A stretch of DNA of 64,000 nt from an uncultured Candidatus Saccharibacteria bacterium (GCA_964401705.1 CAYNZJ010000001.1:3648-67647); one strand, 5' to 3'. Shown: positions 1 to 9,859, numbered from the stretch's first letter. A program made the numbers and translations. The notes: generated from the sequence alone by a model not told the origin.

Positions 1-4
1 TTTA

Positions 5-1267
5 ATGTATGTATATTATGATATTGGTGGTAAATATATAGTAGATTCAATGGATATGTTAAATGGTGGTGAATTTTTATATGAAAATATATTTACTGAA
101 CAATGTTATAAATGTAAATATTCGCAAAATTCAATAGAATGTTCAGAATGTAATTTTATATATGATTGTAAAAATTGCATAGAGTGTTTTATGTGTACTG
201 GTTTAAGAAATAAGAGATTTTACTTTAAAAACAAAAAGTATTCAAAAGAAGAGTATTATAAAATACTTGAATCTTATTCTTTAAATACAAGAAATGGTGT
301 TAAAAAAGCTCGTATTGAGTTTGAGGAAATTAAAAAAAAACAAATAAGAAGATGTTTCAATATTATTAATTCATACAATTGTAAAGGAGATTTATTGTTT
401 AATGGTAAAAATTCACAATTTTGTTTTAATGTACAAAGGCCAGAGGATTCTAAATGGATAGAAAATTCTGATACTCCAAAGGATTGTTATGATTTATCCA
501 CGGGCGGGGAATTAAATTTTTGTTATGAAGGAATAACACCAGATCATTCATATAAAAACTTATTTGGAATATTTTCTTGGAAAAACCAAGAAGTTGAATT
601 TGCTCACCATTGCCATTCTTCTAAATATTTATTTGCTTGTGCAGGATTAAGAAATTCTGAATATTCTATTTTTAATAAGAGATATTCTAAAGAAGAATAT
701 TTTGAAATGATAGAAAAAATCAAAAAACATATGGATGATATGCCTTATGTAGACAAAAACGGGATGGTTTATAAATATGGTGAATTTTTACCAGCAGAGC
801 TTTCTTATTTTGGTTATAATGAAACCACCGCTAATCTACATTTTCCTTTAAATAAAAATCAGGCATTGGAGAAAAATTTTTCTTGGTCAGATTTAAATAA
901 AAAAACAGTTGGCCAAGAAACCTTGGAGCAAAAAGACATACCAGATGATATTAATAATGTTGACGAAAAAATTTGTAACGAAATTCTTAAGTGTGTATCT
1001 TGCGATAGAAATTATAAAATAATTTATAATGAATTTGAGTTTTATAAACGCTTGAATATACCAATACCAGAAAAATGTTTTTACTGTAGACAAGAAGACC
1101 GATTTAAATTAAAGAATCCATATATTCTTTGGGGTAGAGAATGTATGTGTAATAAGAGTATTCATGGACACGAAGGTATTTGTACTAATCAATTCGAAAC
1201 TTCATACTCCCCAGATAGACCAGAGATAGTTTACTGCGAAAAGTGTTACCAGCAGGAAATTGTTTAA
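5..1267 (+). CDS. Cys-rich multi-zinc-ribbon repeat protein, paralog A (ORF runs to window edge; 5' end probably outside window)
   Basis: Shares the module C-x-x-C..FxCxGLRNxxYxIFNKxYSKEEY and the C-terminal zinc ribbon ..CxxCDRNYKI..FY..L.IPIP..C..CRQ..RF....PDRPEIVYCEKCYQQEIV with the next two genes. Confidence 0.5.
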   Translation: MYVYYDIGGKYIVDSMDMLNGGEFLYENIFTEQCYKCKYSQNSIECSECNFIYDCKNCIECFMCTGLRNKRFYFKNKKYSKEEYYKILESYSLNTRNGVKKARIEFEEIKKKQIRRCFNIINSYNCKGDLLFNGKNSQFCFNVQRPEDSKWIENSDTPKDCYDLSTGGELNFCYEGITPDHSYKNLFGIFSWKNQEVEFAHHCHSSKYLFACAGLRNSEYSIFNKRYSKEEYFEMIEKIKKHMDDMPYVDKNGMVYKYGEFLPAELSYFGYNETTANLHFPLNKNQALEKNFSWSDLNKKTVGQETLEQKDIPDDINNVDEKICNEILKCVSCDRNYKIIYNEFEFYKRLNIPIPEKCFYCRQEDRFKLKNPYILWGRECMCNKSIHGHEGICTNQFETSYSPDRPEIVYCEKCYQQEIV

Positions 1268-1281
1268 TGGAAAGTATAAAT

Positions 1282-3042
1282 ATGGAAAACCAAATGAAAC
1301 AATGTCAGTCGTGTAAAAATAGCTTTGTAATAGAAAGTGAGGATTTTGATTTTTATGCGAAGATTGCGGTCCCAGCACCGACATTTTGTGTCGATTGTCG
1401 TAGTGTTCAAAGATTTGCAACAAGGAATGTAAAGTCCCTATATCGTCGAGAATGTGATAGTTGCCATAAAGTGGTGATATCTCGATTTTCTATAAATAAC
1501 CCTGCCACTATGTATTGTAAGGACTGCTGGTGGGGAGAATCTTGGGATGGTACTGATTATGGAATGGAATATGATTTTTCAAAGCCATTTTTTGAACAAT
1601 TTTATAAACTTTTAAATAAAGTGCCACACAGTGCAACACTAAATACCAAAATGTTAAATAGTGATTATTGCAATATGGAAAGTGAAGACAAAAATTGTTA
1701 TTTAACTTTTGGTGGTCATTATAATGAAGAATGTTTATATACTGAATATTCTATTCATGGTAAAGAAGTAATGGATGCTTATTGGTCGTTTAATTGTGAA
1801 CAATTATATGAAACTTTAATTACAGAAAAATGTTTTAGGACACTATATTCCGAGCAGTGTTATGATTGTTTAGATACTTATTTTTCGTATGATTGTCATA
1901 ATTGTTCCAATGTTTTTGGTTGTGCAGGACTGCGTAATAAATCATATTGTATTTTTAATAAACAATATTCTCGTGAAGATTATTTACAATTTATCAAAGA
2001 TGCCAATTTAGCTTCATATAGAATGGTTCAAAATTTCTTAAAAAAGACTAAAGAATTTTGGAATACCATTCCACATAAATCTGCCATTATACATCAATCA
2101 AATAATGTAACCGGTAATTATATTGCTAATTCAAATAATTCAAAAAATATTTGGCAGTCAGACGCAGTAGAAAATTTAAAAAATGCATATATTACTGCAT
2201 GGTCTAAAGATTGCCAAGATGAAACATCAGCCGGTGGTAATGAACTTTGTTATATGACTGGCCATGGTGGCGGATTGTATAATTGTGCATTTATAATGTA
2301 TTCATTTAATACAGATATGCAAAGCTCTAAGCATACTCTCAATTCCCAATATGGTTATACTATTTTAAATAGTAGTGATACTTTTGGTTGTGTTAGTTTA
2401 CGAAATAAAAAATATTGTATTTTAAACAAACAATACACCAAAGAACAGTATGACGAATTATTACCTAAAATAAAACAACATATGAATGATATGCCGTATT
2501 TGTCACCAGTAAATGGTTTTGTTTATAAATATGGAGATTTTTTCCCAAATGAGTATAGTTTGTTTTCATACAACGAAAGTGTTGCTCAAAATTTTTACCC
2601 TAAAACAAAAGAAGAAGTAGAGCGTCTTGGCTTTATTTGGCGAGAAGAAATAGAAAATGAGTACAATTTTACTGAATATATAATTCCAGACAATATAAAT
2701 GAAGTAGGGGATGAAATAATAAACCAGGTTTTAAAATGTGAACAAAGTGGTAAAGCTTATAGAATAACAGAGCAAGAATTAGATTTTTATAGAAAAATGA
2801 ATATTCCAATTCCACATATTGCCCCAATGGAAAGGATTAAAAATCGAATCAATAAATTGTTACCATTTAAATTATTTGATAGAACCTGTCAATGTATGGG
2901 TAAAAATGATGGAATTTATAATAATACAGGAACTCATTTTCACGAAGAAAATCCTTGTGGTAAAGTTATCCAAACCCCATATAATCCTGATAGCCCCGAA
3001 TTAATTTATTGTGAAGATTGTTATAAACAAGAAATGATATAA
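1282..3042 (+). CDS. Cys-rich multi-zinc-ribbon repeat protein, paralog B
   Basis: Start MENQMKQCQSCKN is homologous to the MENQTKQCQFCKN start of paralog C. Has N-terminal and C-terminal CxxC...CxxCR zinc-ribbon modules, internal repeats FGCAGLRNKSYCIFNKQYSREDY and FGCVSLRNKKYCILNKQYTKEQY, and ends PDSPELIYCEDCYKQEMI. Confidence 0.55.
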   Translation: MENQMKQCQSCKNSFVIESEDFDFYAKIAVPAPTFCVDCRSVQRFATRNVKSLYRRECDSCHKVVISRFSINNPATMYCKDCWWGESWDGTDYGMEYDFSKPFFEQFYKLLNKVPHSATLNTKMLNSDYCNMESEDKNCYLTFGGHYNEECLYTEYSIHGKEVMDAYWSFNCEQLYETLITEKCFRTLYSEQCYDCLDTYFSYDCHNCSNVFGCAGLRNKSYCIFNKQYSREDYLQFIKDANLASYRMVQNFLKKTKEFWNTIPHKSAIIHQSNNVTGNYIANSNNSKNIWQSDAVENLKNAYITAWSKDCQDETSAGGNELCYMTGHGGGLYNCAFIMYSFNTDMQSSKHTLNSQYGYTILNSSDTFGCVSLRNKKYCILNKQYTKEQYDELLPKIKQHMNDMPYLSPVNGFVYKYGDFFPNEYSLFSYNESVAQNFYPKTKEEVERLGFIWREEIENEYNFTEYIIPDNINEVGDEIINQVLKCEQSGKAYRITEQELDFYRKMNIPIPHIAPMERIKNRINKLLPFKLFDRTCQCMGKNDGIYNNTGTHFHEENPCGKVIQTPYNPDSPELIYCEDCYKQEMI

Positions 3043-3050
3043 TCAAGTAT

Positions 3051-4754
3051 ATGGAAAACCAAACAAAACAATGTCAATTTTGTAAGAATGATTTCGTTAT
3101 TGAAACAGAGGATTTTGCATTTTATGATAGGTTAAATGTCCCAGCACCAACTTGGTGCCCACAGTGTCGTTTTCAAAGAAGACTTAGTTTTTTAAACTGG
3201 CATAGTTTGTATAAAAGAAAGTGTGACAAATGTGATGCATCAATGATATCAGTACATCACGAGGACAAACCCTTCAGAGTATTCTGTAATCCATGTTACT
3301 GGAAAGACGATTGGGATGGTACCGAATATGCTATGGACTATGATCCTAATCGCAATTTCTTTGAACAAATGCTAGAACTTCGAAATAAATCAAATTATAT
3401 GGGGCAAGAAACATTATATTCTACTTTACAAAATACCCCATACGCTAATGCAGCTGCATACCAAAAGGATTGTTTTATGATATTTAATGCCGACTATGGC
3501 GAGCGTTGTGTATATAGTACATCTTATGCAAATTTAACAGAAAGTTTAGACACTTATAGGACAAATAGCAGTGAACTTTGTTTTGAATGTGTTGAAGCTT
3601 ATAAATGTTTTAAATGTATTTATAGTGAAAATATAGAATCATGCTCTAATGTAATGTTTTCAAAAAATTTATCTGGTTGTACTGATTGTTTCGGTTGTAT
3701 TAATTTGCGTAATAAAAATTATTATATTTTTAATCAAGAATATAGTAGGGAAGAATACAAAGAAAAAATAAAAAGTTTTAATTTAGACACACAAGATGGG
3801 GTAATAAATATGCTTGAAAAAGTTAAAAACTTTTATTTAACCCAACCATATCGTGCAACTATTGGTAATAGTATGAATTTAAATACAACAGGGGATATGG
3901 TATATGAATGTAAAAATGTCAAAAATGCTTACCAGGTTAGTAATACTGAAGATTCTAGATATATTCAAATGTTAATAATGGGGCCAACGAAGGATTGTTA
4001 TGACTATACTGTATGGGGTTATGGTGTAGAGAAATTATATGAATGCTTAACAGTAGGTGAAGGAGCATACAATACTCATTTTTCTGCACAATGTTGGCCA
4101 GCTGCGATTGAAAATGAATATTGTATGTACACAATACAATCTAAAAATTGTTTTGGTTGTGTTAATTTAAAAAGAAAACAATATTGTATTTTAAATAAAG
4201 AATACAGTAAAGAAGAATATGAAAAACTTCGTATCCAAATAATTGATGATATAAAAAATAATCCCTACATAGATAAAAATGGCCGAAAATGGAGTTATGG
4301 AGAATTTTTACCAATAGATTTATCATCTTACTCTTATAATGAAACTGTAGCTAATTCTATATTCCCACAAAATAAAGATTCAATAATAAATCAGGGTTAT
4401 TCTTGGTACGAAACAAAAGAAAATAATTATACTACGACTTTAAATAAAAACGATATCCCAAAAACTATTAATGAAACAACTGACGAGATTTTGGTAGAAG
4501 TTATGGAATGCAGTACTTGCCATAGAGCTTATAAAATAAATGAACAAGAATTATATTTATTACATAAACTAGGAATGCCAATACCATATGACTGCTGGAA
4601 ATGTCGACAAAACCGTAGATTTAAAATCATAAATCCACCAAAACTTTACAATAGAAACTGTGCTAAATGTAATAACGAAATCATTACATCTTATGCTCCA
4701 GATAGGCCAGAAATAGTTTATTGTGAAAAGTGCTACCAACAAGAAATAGTTTAG
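3051..4754 (+). CDS. Cys-rich multi-zinc-ribbon repeat protein, paralog C
   Basis: Same architecture as paralogs A and B. Ends PDRPEIVYCEKCYQQEIV, the same tail as paralog A. Confidence 0.55.
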   Translation: MENQTKQCQFCKNDFVIETEDFAFYDRLNVPAPTWCPQCRFQRRLSFLNWHSLYKRKCDKCDASMISVHHEDKPFRVFCNPCYWKDDWDGTEYAMDYDPNRNFFEQMLELRNKSNYMGQETLYSTLQNTPYANAAAYQKDCFMIFNADYGERCVYSTSYANLTESLDTYRTNSSELCFECVEAYKCFKCIYSENIESCSNVMFSKNLSGCTDCFGCINLRNKNYYIFNQEYSREEYKEKIKSFNLDTQDGVINMLEKVKNFYLTQPYRATIGNSMNLNTTGDMVYECKNVKNAYQVSNTEDSRYIQMLIMGPTKDCYDYTVWGYGVEKLYECLTVGEGAYNTHFSAQCWPAAIENEYCMYTIQSKNCFGCVNLKRKQYCILNKEYSKEEYEKLRIQIIDDIKNNPYIDKNGRKWSYGEFLPIDLSSYSYNETVANSIFPQNKDSIINQGYSWYETKENNYTTTLNKNDIPKTINETTDEILVEVMECSTCHRAYKINEQELYLLHKLGMPIPYDCWKCRQNRRFKIINPPKLYNRNCAKCNNEIITSYAPDRPEIVYCEKCYQQEIV

Positions 4755-5440
4755 AAATCTATTTCTTGTTCAGTTTTATTTAATTCGTCTATAGTATTAA
4801 TCTGATGCCAATGTTTTAAAATTATATAAGAAACTTTAACATTTGCTCCAAAAAGTGTATGCGGTATTCCAGCTTCGTCTCCAACATAAACTGGTTTATA
4901 ATTTAAAAAATCTGATGTTAATGTATAAGCTCCAGAAAAACAAATTACTGGTTTTTCTCTTTCTTCTTTTTTAATAAATCTAAAATTTGTGATTATTTTT
5001 GTATTTTCATTAATATCACAAGTTCTATATCTTTCATTTAAAATTTTATAACTAAGACCATAAGCAGGGGAATCTATTTTAATTAGTTCTTCTAAATCTT
5101 CTTTTAAAAAAATATCATCCCCATTTAAAACTAAAAATTTATCTTCATTTTTTATAACCTCACGACCAGCCATTAGTGCGTGATATGTGCCCTTGGTCAT
5201 TTCATCTTGAAATAAAAATTTAACTTTTTTACTTATTGCATTTTCTTGTAAAAATTTTTCAAACAAATCTAAATGTTTTTGTTTTATAACAATAAAAACT
5301 TCACTAATACTATCCGGCAAGGAAGAGAATATGTAAGATAAAATAGGCCGATCTTTTATTAAAATAAGTGGCTTTGGGGTATTATCAGTTAATGGTTTTA
5401 ATCGTTCACCATTACCGGCACATAGAATAAAAGCTTTCAT
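4751..5440 (-). CDS. sugar-phosphate nucleotidyltransferase family protein
   Basis: N-terminus MKAFILCAGNGERLKPLT...KPL is the G-x-G-x-R-L NTP_transferase signature. Confidence 0.6.
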   Translation of the reverse strand: MKAFILCAGNGERLKPLTDNTPKPLILIKDRPILSYIFSSLPDSISEVFIVIKQKHLDLFEKFLQENAISKKVKFLFQDEMTKGTYHALMAGREVIKNEDKFLVLNGDDIFLKEDLEELIKIDSPAYGLSYKILNERYRTCDINENTKIITNFRFIKKEEREKPVICFSGAYTLTSDFLNYKPVYVGDEAGIPHTLFGANVKVSYIILKHWHQINTIDELNKTEQEIDF

Positions 5441-5501
5441 TGGGCGAGTATATCATATAAAAAAACCCTTGTATATACTTTAAAATAAGTAACTACAAGG
5501 G

Positions 5502-6011
5502 CTAAAAGGTATATCCGTTCCAGCGAACTGGTTTGTTTAACAAACCACTGCGTATTCCATTTAGGAATTTCAACTTAAGTCGAATACTTCCTTCGTGGAT
5601 TAATTTTTGTTCAGCCATTTCGATAATCTGGGATAATGTTTTTATTTTTATCTCAGAAACCTCTAATGGGTCATTTGTTTTTAGTATGCTTGGCAAGTTG
5701 CAAATTTGAGCAATATATAAATGATTGTAATTAAATCCATTAGGTCTAATTTTTTTATAACAACCAAAATATGCAAAATTAAGTTGTATCCCAACTTCTT
5801 CAAGGCAAACTTCGCGATTTATCGCACTACGATGATGTTCATTTACATTTACACCACCACCCGGAAGACCACACATAAGTATACCGTCTCCTCGTCCTCG
5901 ATCATTATAATCTTGAACGAGTAAAAATTTTTGTTGAAATAAATCATGGCTGTTTTCTCCAACCATAATTATACCCTGAACACCGTCAGGAAGTTTGGTT
6001 AGATTTTCCAT
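5502..6011 (-). CDS. NUDIX hydrolase
   Basis: Nudix box GLPGGGVNVNEHHRSAINREVCLEEVGI (GX5EX7REUXEEXGU). Confidence 0.6.
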   Translation of the reverse strand: MENLTKLPDGVQGIIMVGENSHDLFQQKFLLVQDYNDRGRGDGILMCGLPGGGVNVNEHHRSAINREVCLEEVGIQLNFAYFGCYKKIRPNGFNYNHLYIAQICNLPSILKTNDPLEVSEIKIKTLSQIIEMAEQKLIHEGSIRLKLKFLNGIRSGLLNKPVRWNGYTF

Positions 6012-6100
6012 GTTTTTTAAAATTTAAATGAATATATCATATACGATATATTTAATCAATAAATAAAATCCCCTAAATAAATAGGGGATTTTATTATAAG

Positions 6101-6373
6101 TTAATCTATATGAACCTGTTTTCGGACTGTTTTAGAACCATCAAAATTGTTTTTCCTTTTGTTGGTAAATTTTACTGTACCATCTTTAAGAGCAAACAAT
6201 GTATGATCACGCCCTATACCAACGTTATTTCCAGGGAGTATTTTTGTTCCGCGTTGACGGATAATAATATTTCCAGCAATAACTTTTTCTCCAGCGTATT
6301 TTTTAGTACCTAGATACTTTGGTTTTGAGTCCTTCAGGTTCTTGGCGGAACCACCGGCTTTCCTATGTGCCAT
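6101..6373 (-). CDS. rpmA: 50S ribosomal protein L27
   Basis: [25 protein letters not shown]... is the typical L27 N-terminus; size is right. Confidence 0.9.
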   Translation of the reverse strand: MAHRKAGGSAKNLKDSKPKYLGTKKYAGEKVIAGNIIIRQRGTKILPGNNVGIGRDHTLFALKDGTVKFTNKRKNNFDGSKTVRKQVHID

Positions 6374-6462
6374 ATTTTATATTTAAATTACTTATAAAAG
6401 ATATTTATACCCACGTGACAGGTAGATACTTTTTACTTTTATATTGTATAATAGGTAACATA

Positions 6463-6951
6463 ATGAATATAACAGAAATAAGCTATAAAATCAAGGCTTG
6501 GGTTCAAAGCCAATTTGGTCAAACCATAATAATTCTATTAATAATTATTATCTCCAATCTTATTAGCTTTAACATAGGTAAATCCTTAAATAATCCTAAT
6601 AATGAAGATTATTTAAACTCTGATAGTTATGAACAATATAGTCTTTCAGATGATACTAGATACCCAAATGGTAGCTTAACAGCCGCATTATATAATAGCT
6701 CTTTAAAGGCTCAAAATGGCTCTACAGGCTCAAATATAGCTCAAAATGGGGAAGTAGTAGGCCCTAATTTAAATACCCTGGATTTACCGACTTCCCGCTA
6801 TGTTGCCAGTAAAAATGGCCGAGTCTACTACTTTACCTGGTGTGCTGGTGGTAAAAATATAGATCCTGAAAAAAGAGTTTATTTTAATTCGGCACAAGAT
6901 GCTAGGGCAGCAGGATACAAAGCATCAACCGCATGTGCGGGGCTAGACTAA
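6463..6951 (+). CDS. hypothetical membrane-anchored protein
   Basis: Start moved to MNITEIS so it no longer overlaps rpmA. Has an N-terminal TM helix IIILLIIIISNLISF. Confidence 0.3.
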   Translation: MNITEISYKIKAWVQSQFGQTIIILLIIIISNLISFNIGKSLNNPNNEDYLNSDSYEQYSLSDDTRYPNGSLTAALYNSSLKAQNGSTGSNIAQNGEVVGPNLNTLDLPTSRYVASKNGRVYYFTWCAGGKNIDPEKRVYFNSAQDARAAGYKASTACAGLD

Positions 6952-6975
6952 GCTTTATTTATAGATTTATGTATA

Positions 6976-7042
6976 TGTCGCACAACATACTTTGTCAGAG
7001 GACAATGTCGCAACATGTCGAAGTTTTGCGACGAACGAATCG
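6976..7042. repeat. left boundary repeat (candidate attL), TGTCGCA/TGCGACA dyads
   Basis: tgtcgcacaacatac...tgtcgcaacatgtcgaagttttgcgacg. The same 14-mer recurs at 23533. Confidence 0.5.
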
Positions 7043-7103
7043 AGGCTTGTGAAGAATCATAAATCTAAACTGCAATTATTAATAAATTGATTTTCAATTT
7101 TAT

Positions 7104-7307
7104 ATGCCACAGTATTTAGGAATCTTTTCGCGCCACGATTATACAGACAATGAAGGTAACGCTCAAACCAGATGGTATAAGGCCGGTTACATGAAATTAA
7201 CAGAAAACGGAGGTAAGTTTTTACGCTTCTTCCATCAACCACAAACAGATTTTTTCTGTTTCGAAGGAGAACAAACACCATTGCCCGAAATTCATTTAGA
7301 AGACTAA
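7104..7307 (+). CDS. hypothetical small protein
   Basis: ORF only. Confidence 0.2.
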   Translation: MPQYLGIFSRHDYTDNEGNAQTRWYKAGYMKLTENGGKFLRFFHQPQTDFFCFEGEQTPLPEIHLED

Positions 7308-7319
7308 AGACAATTTTGT

Positions 7320-7823
7320 ATGTCTTTAGAATATACTACACCTGTTCCCAACAGGGTATTCGACTTTGACCTTGCAAAACTTAAAGAAGTTGAATTAAAA
7401 GTTCTGATGGTGGTCATTAGAAAAACCCACGGTTGGGTTGAACAAAAAAACCATCGGCAAAGGCGACAAATTCAACGCATTACAATAAATACTTTCGAAC
7501 TACTAACTGGAAGTTCAAGAAGAAGTATTTCAGGGGCTATTCAATCTCTGATTCAAAAAGAGCTTATCGTGGTCTATGACTATAACGGTAAGGTCTTGAA
7601 AGAAGCGGATGACCGAAAAGGAAAATACCATTTGTATTTTAAACCCAATATTCCACCTGTGGAAAACCACATACCTAGGCAAAATTTGCTCTTACCCTAC
7701 GAAAAATTCTCTCAGCAACCAAAGCAAAATTTGCTCAATACTATTAAAGAAAATATGGCAAAGAAAAATGAAAATATAAATTCATATCATATTAGCCACC
7801 ACATTAAAAATTACAGCCTATGA
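7320..7823 (+). CDS. RepA-like replication initiator / phage replisome organizer N-terminal wHTH domain protein
   Basis: ELKVLMVVIRKTHGW...LTGSSRRSISGAIQSLIQKELI matches the Rep initiator wHTH pattern (vLlyilrktyGw...ltGlsrrtv..al..L...glI). Confidence 0.55.
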   Translation: MSLEYTTPVPNRVFDFDLAKLKEVELKVLMVVIRKTHGWVEQKNHRQRRQIQRITINTFELLTGSSRRSISGAIQSLIQKELIVVYDYNGKVLKEADDRKGKYHLYFKPNIPPVENHIPRQNLLLPYEKFSQQPKQNLLNTIKENMAKKNENINSYHISHHIKNYSL

Positions 7824-8019
7824 CCCAAGACAACCCATTTGGAAATGAACACCGTAAAAATGTAATCGAAAAATTAATGAATGATGGATTAGTTAAGCGA
7901 ATCACAATCATAGAAGGGAACTATCCATCCCAAAAACAACAGCGAGATTTTTTAGACCGAATAATGGATTGGCTCAAAGGAAAGCGAAAGCATTACTAAC
8001 CCATAATCTCACATAAACA

Positions 8020-8367
8020 ATGTCTACAAAACAAAAACAATCCAATAAACCAATAAGTAACTGGCTACTCACTGAAAATGGAGTATACCTACTTATTGGC
8101 GATGGATACCGAATAACTTACAACCCTTCAACCTTATATACCTTCAACCTTAAAAAAGCTAAAGACCCACTCTTTCAATTTGAAGAGGATGAAGAAACAG
8201 AAGAAACTGCACTTTACATCAACGATACAGATTCATATCTAATCTTGGATGGAGACTTTCGAGCAGTATATGATGAATGTCAAAGTGTTGAAGAGTGCTT
8301 AGCTGTCTTCCGAAAATATGCTCCTTGGTACCGTTCAAAGTTCTGCTCCGGTCCAGATTCCATCTGA
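8020..8367 (+). CDS. hypothetical protein (possible antitoxin partner of downstream toxin)
   Basis: Sits directly upstream of the PemK-like gene with a 25-nt gap. No recognisable motif. Confidence 0.25.
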   Translation: MSTKQKQSNKPISNWLLTENGVYLLIGDGYRITYNPSTLYTFNLKKAKDPLFQFEEDEETEETALYINDTDSYLILDGDFRAVYDECQSVEECLAVFRKYAPWYRSKFCSGPDSI

Positions 8368-8391
8368 TTATAAGTATGTTAAAATAGAACT

Positions 8392-8781
8392 ATGTATTCA
8401 AAAGACTATGAGAAATGGAACATTTTAAAACAAAACCTTAATGCTATAAAAGGTCAAACCCTTCGTGTAAAAGAAGGGGAGATTTGGTGGTGTGCTATCG
8501 GCGTAAACATAGGAAATGAAATTGATGGTAAAAATGAGTTATACGAAAGGCCGGTAATTGTAATTAAAAAATTCCCTAATAACAGTTTTTTGGTAGTACC
8601 CCTTTCTAAAACAGAACGCGAACATCAATTTGCTATTCCTTTCGCCATCCAATCAAATCTATCTAAAGCTATAATCTCCCAAGTTAGAGTTGTAAGTCCA
8701 AAACGATTGATACGTCGGATGCACAAACTTTCTTCCAAGAAACTACTGGCAATCACCAATCACTTAAAGCGCATGATATAA
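8392..8781 (+). CDS. PemK/MazF-family toxin-like protein
   Basis: GEIWWCAIGVNIGNEIDGKNELYERPVIVI...VVPLSK resembles the MazF/PemK fold signature (G.i..v.f....G.E..k.RPavVl...). Confidence 0.45.
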   Translation: MYSKDYEKWNILKQNLNAIKGQTLRVKEGEIWWCAIGVNIGNEIDGKNELYERPVIVIKKFPNNSFLVVPLSKTEREHQFAIPFAIQSNLSKAIISQVRVVSPKRLIRRMHKLSSKKLLAITNHLKRMI

Positions 8782-8971
8782 AAAATCGGCTCCCCACAAT
8801 GTGAGGAGCCTCGGGGGCCTGACGGCCACTGGTAAACATAGTATACACCCTTTCAATGAAATTGAAAAGTGGTACTGTGGAAATCTCAACAAACACTAGC
8901 TAACTCTAAACTGGCTGTAAGCCGAAGAATCTGCTATTCATAAAATTTCAAACAACTTAATATTTTAAAAA

Positions 8972-9859
8972 ATGGAAACAAATTCAAAAACAAAAATCGA
9001 CATCTACGAAATGGTAACAGATCGTATTATTCAAAAACTCGAAGAGGGAATTATCCCTTGGCAACAACCCTGGACAGAAGCAGGCCTTCCTAAGAATTTA
9101 ATAACTCAGAAAGCCTACACCGGAATTAATGTCCTTCTCCTTGCATCTATGGGATTTGCTCGTAACTACTTTCTAACCTTCAAACAAATCCAAGAATTAG
9201 GAGGTTCTGTAAACAAAGGCGAAAAATCCATCCCAGTTATTTTTTGGAAGTGGTCTGAAAAAGAGGATCCGCAAACCAAAGAACTAAAAAAAGTCTCAAT
9301 GATACGGTACTATACTGTATTCAATGTAGACCAATGCACCGGAATACCCGAAGACAAGATACCTAAAGTTGTAAATAACAACTGTGAGATTGAGATGGGA
9401 GAGCTTGAAGCTATTATTGAAGAAATGCCAAACAAGCCACTAGTTCGCCATCTTTCATCTCAGGCCTATTATCACCCCAAGGAAGACTATATCAGTATGC
9501 CAATGATGAATGTTTTCAAAGATGCTGAAAGCTATTGGGGAACTCTATTCCATGAACTGATTCACTCTACCGGTCACCAAAGCAGACTTAACCGTAAAGA
9601 AATTGTTGAATGGACTAACTTTGGTTCTGAATCTTACTCCCAAGAAGAACTAGTTGCAGAAATCGGTGCTTGTTATCTTAAATCCCATTGTGGTATTGAT
9701 ACCAAACACTTTGAAAACAATGTTGCCTATATCCAAAACTGGCTCACTAAACTAAAGAATGACAAGCGGTTTATAATCTTCGCCAGTGCTAAAGCACAAA
9801 GGGCGGTGGATTATATATTACAGAAGGTACCTGTTGAAAAAGAGACAGTAGAATTTTAG
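8972..9859 (+). CDS. ardC: ArdC-like antirestriction protein (N-terminal ssDNA-binding DUF1738 + zincin-like metalloprotease)
   Basis: VTDRIIQKLEEGIIPWQQPW...YTGINVLLL...FLTFKQIQELGG, plus an HExxH motif (LFHELIHSTGH). Confidence 0.75.
   Translation: METNSKTKIDIYEMVTDRIIQKLEEGIIPWQQPWTEAGLPKNLITQKAYTGINVLLLASMGFARNYFLTFKQIQELGGSVNKGEKSIPVIFWKWSEKEDPQTKELKKVSMIRYYTVFNVDQCTGIPEDKIPKVVNNNCEIEMGELEAIIEEMPNKPLVRHLSSQAYYHPKEDYISMPMMNVFKDAESYWGTLFHELIHSTGHQSRLNRKEIVEWTNFGSESYSQEELVAEIGACYLKSHCGIDTKHFENNVAYIQNWLTKLKNDKRFIIFASAKAQRAVDYILQKVPVEKETVEF

Noticed and set aside
1243-1281. Upstream start MLPAGNCLMESIN for paralog B
   Set aside because: It overlaps the 3' end of paralog A. The MENQMKQCQ start at 1282 is homologous to the MENQTKQCQ start of paralog C.
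6319-6462. N-terminal extension of ORF 6319-6951 ([11 protein letters not shown]...)
   Set aside because: It overlaps the rpmA coding region on the opposite strand. The internal start MNITEIS at 6463 gives a non-overlapping gene.
8782-8830. GC-rich hairpin after the PemK-like gene as a terminator
   Set aside because: The hairpin ggctcc..ggagcc has no following T-run. It is left as a motif shared with 27781 rather than called a terminator.
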